From: Octopus vulgaris
Taxonomy: Eukaryota
Reading direction: 5' to 3'
Length of the DNA stretch: 64,000 bases
Assembly: GCA_951406725.2 (NCBI GenBank)
Contig: OX597815.1
Location: 6,572,001-6,636,000, forward strand
Shown: positions 54,710 to 64,000 of the stretch, one piece after another
Layout: every line of letters starts with the position of its first letter
Position numbering within the stretch: position 1 is the first letter of the stretch
Position numbers and translations under genes: made by a program
Notes under the pieces: model-generated
Told to the model about the DNA's origin: nothing
The model's input: only the letters and a program-made list of their open reading frames with translations
Database searches by the model: none

Positions 54710-55620
54710 TATCATCATCATCATCATCACCATCATCACTGAACGTCCGTTTTTCCATGCTGGCATGAGTTGGACAGTTTGAGTGAAAACTGGTAAACCG
54801 GGGAGCTCCACCAGGCTCAATCTGATGTGGCAAGGTTTCTACAGCTGGATGCCCTTCCTAATGCCAACCACTCCGAGAGTGTACTGGGTGCTTTTTACGT
54901 GCCAGTTATGAAACACCAGCGTCGGCCACATCTATGATCTCACTTGTCGAGCCAAGTGAGATGGTAGTCATAGGAAATCGATAACTCTTTGATGACAGTG
55001 GTGGCTAGATAAGGAATCCAAGAAAGAATTTGTTAAGGTAACAACTGCAAAACAAACTAGAAAACACTGACATAGAATTAGTGACAGCAAATATGCAGTG
55101 AAGTGCACCCAGCTGCAATGTGTTGCACAAAATAACTGTAAAGTGCTGCACTCAATCATTGCAAAATGGTGCAAATAAACAAGCCAGGTTTCCATCAGCA
55201 ATAGAAAATATTAAATACTTCTCATAATTAAATTATCATTATCATTATTATTATTATTGTTGTTGTTGTTATTACCTCTGCCTTAGTGAAGGTGGGGGGG
55301 GAGCATTGTTTTCAGTCACGTTTGTTTGTTTGTCTGTGGACAAGATATCTCAAGAACCATCATCATCGTCATCATCGTCATTGTTTAATGTCCATTTTCC
55401 ATGCTAGCATGGGTTGGACGGTTCGGCCGGGGTCTGGGAAGCCAGGAGGCTGCACCAGGCTCCAGTCTGATCTGGCAGTGTTTCTACTGCTGGATGCCCT
55501 TCCTAATGCCAACCACTCTGTGGGTGTAGTGGGTGCTTTTTACGTGCCACCGGCACAGGTGCCAGGGGAGGTTGCCAAATGGCCACGATCAGTTGGTACT
55601 TTTTACGTGTCACCGACACA
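54710..55620 (-). mobile_element. Two family C 3' fragments (54710-54950 and 55358-55620)
   Basis: (CAT)n followed by ttccatgct(g/a)gcatg(a/g)gttggac...ctggatgcccttcctaatgccaaccactc. Confidence 0.8.
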
Positions 55621-55904
55621 GACATCGAAACTTTCAGGGATGTTTGGCCTCACGACTGGCACAAACTGATTAGATTTTGGGATCAATCCAGTACCAGACA
55701 AGGATTCTTGATTATTTTTCCTGTTTTTTTTCTGCTTAATTTTTGAGAGCAGTCAAGTTCATTTTTAGTATTCTTGTTTGTGAGAGCAGTCAAGTTTATT
55801 TCAGATATTCACATTTCAAAAATCATCTCTGGCTAATCATTGAGAGATCATTGGTGTTGCCTTGGCAGAGGTTTGCACTCTCTGAGTGCCCTTGTTATTA
55901 TTAA

Positions 55905-56169
55905 GGTGACAAGCTGGCAGAATCATTAGCACAACGGACAAAATGCTCAACGGTATATTGTCTGCCACTACGTTCTGAGTTCAAATCCTACTGAGGTCAA
56001 CTTTGCTTTTCATCCTTGGGGGGGGGGGGGCAATAAATTAAGTACCAGTTATGCACTGGGGTCAACGCAATCAACTCATCTCATCCCCTCCCTCCAAAAT
56101 TTCTGCCCTTGTGGCAAAATTTGAAACCATTATTATTATTATTGTTACTATTATTATTATTACTGTTAC

Positions 56170-56205
<36 letters not shown>

Positions 56206-56660
56206 TGTTACTATTATTATTATTATTATTATTATTATTACTGTTACTATTATTATTATTATTATTACTATTGTTATTATTCCAAGGTCGACTTTGCCTT
56301 TCATCCTTTCAGGGTCAATAAATTAAGTACCAGTGAAACACTGGGGTCGATGTAATCGACTAGTTCCCTCCCCCAAAATTTCAGGCCTTGTGCCTTTAGT
56401 AGAAAGGATTATTATCATCATCATCATCATCATCATCATCACCACCACCATAATAAAAGGAGGTGAGCTGGCCTAATCAGCAACATGTCAGACAAAATGC
56501 TCAACAGCTTTTCAAATCCTGCTGAAGCTGACTTTGTCATCCTTTTGGGGTTGATGAAACAAGTACCAGTTGTGCGCTAGGGAGTGGGGAGGGTCAATGT
56601 AATCAACTAGCAACCTGCCCCTAAATTTCAAGTTTTGTGCCTCGAACAGAAAAGGTTATT
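55905..56660 (+). mobile_element. Cluster of SINE family B copies separated by (ATT)n/(CAT)n
   Basis: Diverged consensus matches. Confidence 0.75.
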
Positions 56661-57008
56661 AGTTGGAATATGAGCAGCTCCTTGCAAGCCAGCCCCGTGT
56701 CAAACCATCCAACCCATGCCAGCATGGAAAGCAGACATTAAATAATCATCATCATCGTAATAATAATAATATTATTAATAATAAAAGGCACAATTGTTAG
56801 TAGGTTGGATAAAATGATTAGTGACATATCTTTGGAATCTTCACATTTTGAATTCAAATCACACCAAAGCCTTTCATTGTTTCAGGGGTCAATAAAACAA
56901 GACCCAGTCGAGTACTGGAGTCGAGGTTATTGCCTAAGCCCCCTCACCTAATAGTTCAGGCCCGATGCCTATAGTAGAAATAATTTTTTATTCTAGTAAT
57001 TGTTATCA

Positions 57009-57625
57009 TTGGAGTAAAGATTGTTTTCTAACATAACATGGCAGTCCTGGTTTAGGACGAATGTTGCTGTAATTTAGCCCCAGGAGACATCGTCTCCAGC
57101 TGGCTATAGGACATGATCTGTGTCCTTATATTTTTCAAACAAGGGAATCTAGCACCCCAAATCAGCTCAAAACAATATCTGTGTATCGCGATTTTTTAGC
57201 TGAGTTGGGGTGTTAGATTGCCTTGTTCGAAAAATATAACCTTATATTTTTGAACAAGGGAATCTAGCACCCCAACTCAGCTCACAACAATCTCGTTGTG
57301 AGATTTACAAATAGTAATTTTCTAATTTATAAATCAGTGACTAGTTGTCACTTAAAAAACTACATATTTTGAACGGGAATTTGGTAGCACCACCTCTAGC
57401 TAAACAATTATTCTGTGCTGATGAAGGGAAATAACCTGGAAATTGCAATACACAGATGTTATTTTGAGCTGAATGGGGGGTGCTAGATTCCCTTGTTCGA
57501 AAATATAAGGACACAGATCATGTCGTATAGCCAGCTGGAGACAATGTCTCCTGGGGCTAAATTACAGCAATATTTGTTCTAAACCAGGACTGCCATGTTA
57601 TGTTGGCAAACAATCTTTACTCCAA
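57009..57625. mobile_element. Foldback/MITE with about 170-bp terminal inverted repeats and internal alternating sub-repeats
   Basis: ttggagtaaagattgttt...cagctc at left is mirrored by gagctg...aaacaatctttactccaa at right. Confidence 0.85.
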
Positions 57626-60335
57626 AGTACTGTTGCTGGATATCTCTTGCCGTGGGATTTTAAAATAGTAATTTTCTAATTGTCATCGTTATCATAATCC
57701 AAGATAAATTTGAGATGCAAAGAAATCGAAATAGCAATGGAAATTCTAGAAAAACAAAAAGAATAAGAAAAAAAAAAGAAGGAAGATATTTGTGGCAGAT
57801 GAAATGTGCTGAAATAATCTAGTTTCTGAAGATGGTGTGGAAGACATTATTAACCAGAAACAAAAGAAAGAAAACAGATGAAAATACTGATGTTGACTAT
57901 TTCGTTAAAGCTCACTGAATAATGCACCTTTAATTATATCTCTAGAATGTTCATAACAATCTTGCTTCCATTCTCTTGAAATTAGCAGAGTTTTCTTCAG
58001 TTATTAAATTCCTCAACATAATCCCAACTAAAAACAGTCTGACAGCCAACATTTACTCCAGAGGGCGTCTACCAACTCTCTTGTGAGTTTCAGAAAGTCT
58101 TCAATGGGTTTCTATTTGAAAAAAAGGCTTCTAGTTTAGTCTGGCTATATATTTCTTGTTTCCTTTCTTTTTTTCTTTTTTTTTCCCACAAAATCTTGTG
58201 TAGAATTAAATACTCTATTTCTTAGCAATTAACCCAATTAATACCAGAAAGGAATCTTAGTAATTAATTTAAATTTCTTTTCTTTTATCTTCAATAGACA
58301 ACTACCCCAATAGCAGTATGGAACAGAATTTTATCGATTCCCTTGTCTGACGATGAAAGCAGTAACAAACTTGGTTAGAACTAGGCAGAGAAGCATATTG
58401 TGGAAGAGGTGTAAAAGTTAGTTGCTTCGTCAGGAAAAAATTACAGAAAAAAATAGCAAGCAATGTCATTCAAACATAGCTACATTTAGATTTCCAGCAC
58501 AATTTACTAATCCATAAAAATGCTTATTTCGAAAACATTTGTAACTGTTACACTACAATTGCTGGTAAGGACATCATATTTCGTTTAGTAACCATTATAC
58601 ACTACCAACTATATTAAAGGTTTAGAGGTCAATACTGTGTCCTACCTGTGTTAGCAGTGCAAACCATTTTTTAAAGTTATCTCTACAGATATTATACTGA
58701 ATTTAAAGCCAGTACTGAAAGCGGCAACATTTTGTATACAAATACGTCTATGTTTGTAACTGTTGTTTATTTTCCTTTGATTATCCTCATTAGAATTAAT
58801 TAATTAATTAATCGGTTAATACATCCACATAAATATTCCAGCATCAAAGAGCCACAAAACTATTTCTGTCTGTTCTGCTTCTATAATTCTATAAAAATAT
58901 GTTGGACCCATTCTCTCTGGCTGTCTATTTTGAGATGAAAACATGGAGATTATTCATCATGTCCTCTAAGTTTTCCTCCGTCAGAGGTCAATTACTGACC
59001 GAAATCATACCATATCAAACAGCAAGGCACCAGTTCCTGTCCTTCTATTTATACTTTAACCTCTCCTCAGCTGGCATAAAGCTACCTCCCTCCATACTAC
59101 ACCTTGCTTCAGTTGAAGGGCCTTGCCTTGCAAGACAAATCGTGTCCTCACTAGTGCTGGTGCCACATGAAAAGCACTGTAAAATGGTTAGCAATAAAAC
59201 CATGTCAAAGCAGACACTGGAGTTTGGCAAGGTCCTGTGGTTTTCATCTGTCTATGTTCTGAGTTCAATGTTTGGCTGTGTCGTATGAAAGCCACATCTA
59301 CCCAAGGTCTGTGGAAAATGATCATCGTCCGACAGTCGTTTGGGTAAAGGGTCAAAGCCAGACACATCCAGTAGCACCCTCCACCTGTCCCCGTCACCTC
59401 TATACCTATTATCACTGGACTCAAAATGGATAATGGCACCGGTATTGTGGTTTGCTGTGCAACCTGCACGATAAATATTATTGTCATGAGGATGGTTTGT
59501 GCAGAGCCAGTACCATCCTCCTGTCCGTCAAACTTGGATTGGTCTGGTACAACAAATGCCACAAGTCCAGTAGTTATCAAAATGCAACATTTGTATGAAG
59601 TTATCTTCTCTTAGATGAGCAGCTAAAGAGACGAGGGGCCCATCTGCTTTGGGTCCATTAGGGAGTTTGTGAGTGACTTCCTTCTGGATGCAGTTCCATG
59701 ACATGCTAATGAACCCATAGGCAGGACCCTGACATGGGCTGTTACTCCAGGTCAGAGTAGACCTAGGGACAATAGAGGCTAAGAAGGGGTTCCACACTCC
59801 TCAGGAACCCTGGATTTCCCATACCAGGGCCTCATTACTGGATGCTCTTCATAGTCTTACCCAGGACAATTTGTATGGAGAACAATATTACAAGCTGTAA
59901 GTTTCCAAATGAAGTCGATAATTTCATGTTAATTTCTTTTTAATCATTTGGTCAGGAGCAAAGGTAGGACCCATGACCCTTTAAGGGGCCTCTAAAACTG
60001 GTGGGAAGGAAGGAGGGAGGTACCTACAAACCAGAAACCTAGCTCAAATGTTTGTAAACCGAGTGGACTCTGATAAAGATACTCAAAGGACCAGTTGGTG
60101 GATGTATTAAACTGAGCCATGGAATAAGTCTACTCCTCGTTGAATCAGCCAATCAATGATTGATAACAATCAAGGCTGTCTTCGAAAGAAATCTACAGAA
60201 AAATTAATCGTTACTTTCTTCCTTTTATAAACTATACCATACTGATTTAATTAATTCAAATTGGTTTCTTTCAGTTTAAAAAGTTGAAAATGCTTCTTAC
60301 ATCCATTTAAGTTAAAAAACAAAAATTATTTTCAG

Positions 60336-60740
60336 AGGCACAGGAGTGGCTGTGTGGTAAGGATTTTGCTTCCCCACCACATACTTCCAGGTTCAATCCC
60401 ACTGCATGGCACTTTGGGCAAGTGTCTTCTATTATAGCCTGGGGCCAAACAAAGCCTTGTGAATGGACTTAGCAGATGGAAACTGAAAGAAGCCCATCGT
60501 GTATTTACACACATGTGTGTGCCTTTGTGGATGTGTTTGTCCCACCACCACCATAGTTTAACAACCAGCGTTGGTGTGTTTGCATCCCCATAACTTAGCA
60601 GTTCATCAAAAGAGATCAACAGAATAAGTATTAGTCTTAAGAAAATAAGTCCTGGGGTCAAATCATTCTCCAAAAATTCTTCAATGCTGTGCTCCAGAAT
60701 GGCTGCAGTCTAAGGACTAAAGCAAGTAAAAGATTAAAGA
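60336..60740 (+). mobile_element. SINE family A, heavily CpG-decayed
   Basis: Consensus match with CG-to-TG/CA changes. Confidence 0.85.
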
Positions 60741-60849
60741 CACCAAATTCTTACTTTGTAACTAATTCTCATCCCTGTTACCAATATTATCTACGACATT
60801 CTCATCTCTGTTCATTTCATCTCTCTTCCACAATATCGAATTTGAACTA

Positions 60850-61063
60850 AGGCGGCAAACTGGCAGAAGCGTTAGCACGCCAGGCGAAATGCTTAGCGGT
60901 ATTTCATCTGTCTTTACTTTCTGAGTTCAAATTCCGCCGAGGTCAACTTTGCTTTTCATCGTTTCAGAGTTGATAAATTAAGTATCAGTTGCATACTGGG
61001 GTCAATCTAATCGACTAGCCTCTTCCCCCAAAACTTTGGGCCTTGTGCCTAGAGTAGAAAAGA
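60850..61063 (+). mobile_element. SINE family B
   Basis: Consensus match. aatatcgaatttgaa before and aatatctaatttgaa after resemble a target-site duplication. Confidence 0.85.
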
Positions 61064-61676
61064 ATATCTAATTTGAAGTGTTTCTTTTTCAAATCTTAAC
61101 AGCATTACTAGATTTTTGTCAGGTCTAAATTTTTCTTCCAGTCTTATCACTGTCCGGTCCTCGCAGCCAAACTATTTTATCTTTGTCATATCTTAACTTT
61201 TTCATAAAACTTCATACTGACGTAGCCTAACATACTAATTGATTTATAATTGGTACATCCCAACATCTTCATTGATTAATCCCTAGGGTATTTTAACATG
61301 CTTATTGATTTATTATTGGATTATCCTTTGTCATGTCATAGCAATGATCTAAATCCTGTCACCTAACTCGAAGTTGGTAATTTTTTTAATTCATTTAAAA
61401 CAACAAATTACAACCATGACTAAATTTGTCTTCCCTTGCCCTGAAGTTGGAATTAATTAATTATATCTAATTACAATTTATCTCAGTATTAATGATTCTA
61501 TTGAGTCTATGAATGGTTTGGTGTACAGTTTCACCATCTAGATTCTGAAGAAGTGCTGAATTCTAATAGAATGTGCCAAATAATAAAAAATGAAAAAAAA
61601 GTAACTGCACTCACACAAGTCTTCTAGGAGACCAGCCATAGCCAGAAGAGAGTAAAACAAACGAAAACAAACTTAC

Positions 61677-61721
61677 CCCAGTCACAGCCAGTTCAAAGTT
61701 GCCAAATTTGGGGATTTTATC
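61677..61721 (-). CDS. Candidate internal exon (DKIPKFGNFELAVTG) of an unidentified minus-strand gene
   Basis: ttgttctag acceptor and GGG|gtaagt donor. 45 nt, with only frame 0 open. Confidence 0.5.
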
Positions 61722-62477
61722 CTAGAACAATGTGTTCACAGATGTAAAGAAAATGCAGTTTCAAACAACACAACCCACCTGACTTAGGGAGGTAAAAGGC
61801 ACACAAGTCTGAGAATGGAAATGGAAGCCGAGGGGCAAATACCATTCTAAGAATTACCAGATCAGAACTTGTGCTGTATGAATGAATATGTGAAGTGGTT
61901 TTAGAATCAAGTTTTGACTGGTATCTCTAGCATGGTGGTATATATATATATATCAATGTTTTTAATCTTTGTCTCCATAAAAAAAGAGGCAAAAATTATT
62001 TTTTGTCATATATATATATATATATACTCAACATGCTCAAACTCACAAGAGTAAATAAGAGAGACAGAGACAAGCAGAAACAAGGAAAATTCCCCTTGTA
62101 TTTGAACACTATACAAATATTCTTTAATAAAAACTTTTCATTTAATTTTTCCAAAATTTAATTGTTTTCCATACTTACAGTTGAAAAAGTCTCAATGACT
62201 GAAACCGGTACGGAAATGTTTTTTATAAAATTATTTTAGCATTTTCTATCTTGACTATTTTCCCATATATATATATGTTAGTTCATTAGTATTGAGTTTT
62301 ACACCAGAGTGGCGTGAAATTTAAGTGACATGATAAAAATTCAGATTCAATATTCAATATACTCTACAACTACCAAACACATCTCTCTCAACACAATTCA
62401 ACATTTGTATATTCATATGCATGCATATCATATCTATATGTATATATTTATGTATATATACAGACATACATATATAT

Positions 62478-62900
62478 GTCATCATCATCATCATCATCAT
62501 TGCTTAACGTTCATTTTCCATGCTGGCATGGGTTGGATGGTTCGACTGGGACCTGGGAAGCCAGGAGGTCGCACCAGGCTCCAGTCTGATCTGGCAGTGT
62601 TTCTACAGCTGGATGCCCTTCCTAACGCCAACCACTTTGAGAGGGTAGTGGGTGCTTTTTTATGTGCCATCAGCAGAAGGGCAAGAAGGGGGCTGGCATC
62701 GACCTCAATCAGATAGAGCGTTTTACGTGCCACAAGCAAGGGAGCCAGTCAAGGCAGCGCTGGCATCAGCCATGTTTGGATGTTGCTTTTTACGTGCCAC
62801 CGGCACAGGGACCACAACTACAATTTCCATTTGACTGTAATTTGATTTTGATGCACTTGACTCAATAGGTCTCCTCAAGGATGGCATGTTGCCCTACGTA
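62478..62900 (-). mobile_element. Family C element
   Basis: (CAT)n tail and canonical 3' end. Confidence 0.8.
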
Positions 62901-63544
62901 ACATACACATTAGCTTCATACAAACACATATGCCAAGGTCACCATTGACCCTCCCCCCCTTGGCACCCATGCCACTAGTGCCCTCTTCCTTTTCCGGTCA
63001 TTTTAGCATGTAGTGATCATCTGGTTGAGACACATTTGTCCCTTTTTTCTCTCCCCCTTTTTTTTCTCTCCTCATCTGTTTCTTTCTGTAGGAAAACATA
63101 TGCTTGAAATGTAAAAGAGTTTGAATTTTCTTGAGTGTAAACCTAACATACCCTGACTGTTTGCTTTTTATCTGTTTTTGTACCACATCTTCATGTTTGT
63201 TTCTTTTTTTTTTCATACCACACACACACACACACAGGTAAGTATTCATATTTGTAAGTGTGTGTGTGTGTGTGTGTGAATGTGTATGTTAATAATGAAC
63301 TAAAAGGTAAATAAATAAATAAACATTCTTTTTTATCAGAACTTTTTGTTACTTTTCTGGTACCAAAGGTTTCCTGCTGACAGAGAAGGTTTTTTTTTTT
63401 TTATCTCTCAACCAAAATTCAAAATACAAAAGACTTTCCACCATTAATAATAGTAGAGACTCAGTCATGTTTTGAATTCTGCTTGAACAAAAGTTAATCT
63501 CTGTTAACAGGAAACTTTTGATGCCAGAGAAGTAACAAAAATCT

Positions 63545-63582
<38 letters not shown>

Positions 63583-63826
63583 GTAATGATAATAATGATG
63601 ACGATGATGATAATAATAATATTCTGAAATTTTGAAAATTCTAACTGGGCCCCACCTGCAAGGTCATGTGCTGTTTATCTTGATATGAGATCACCATGTC
63701 GCGCACATGTGATTGTGATGCATGTGCCTGGTGTACCCTTATCAGACGGGTAGTCATGATGGGTATACTGGGCTTCGCATATTTTACCCCAGTGTCACTT
63801 TGATGGCATACACTGCTCTCTCACTC

Positions 63827-63869
<43 letters not shown>

Positions 63870-64000
63870 GATGGGCTACAGCAAATATTCTGCTCAATAC
63901 CACAAGTTTGTTTGTCAGTTGCTTCACCTTAACCAGTTGAGCATGTCCCTTAGGGGCTGATGATATGTGCATCTCTAATCATGAGCAGGAGTAGTGGGGG

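Noticed and set aside
58899-59797. Overlapping ORFs of about 60-130 aa
   Set aside because: No recognisable motifs or convincing splice sites. The region contains a degenerate SINE B-box (ttctgagttcaa).
63092-63237. Plus-strand exon-like segment (ctgtag acceptor, cag|gtaagt donor)
   Set aside because: It includes a CA microsatellite, has no convincing ORF and has no partner exon in the window. Insufficient support.

Overview
Eukaryotic, AT-rich genomic DNA dense in microsatellites and transposons. The SINE families and microsatellite load suggest a coleoid cephalopod, probably Octopus (inference). Most ORF-track entries are microsatellite or SINE artefacts. The one well-supported gene is on the + strand, with coding exons at 39669-39728, 42289-42435 and 43191-43391. 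It encodes a 135-aa protein with an N-terminal MGNNICSC acylation-type motif, one whirlin-PDZ3-like domain and a C-terminal -TSSL. Candidate upstream non-coding exons end at 29365 and 18757. Several clean minus-strand exons (about 61.7, 46.3, 41.1 and 35.1 kb) suggest an interleaved antisense gene that I cannot name. CpG decay in repeat copies switches on at about 29.4 kb, which suggests a gene-body methylation boundary. The rest is tRNA-derived SINEs, RTE, Dong/R4, L1-Tx1 and Penelope-like fragments, mariners, MITEs, long palindromes and a 50-bp minisatellite. No rRNA, functional tRNA or CRISPR array was found. Repeat boundaries are approximate.
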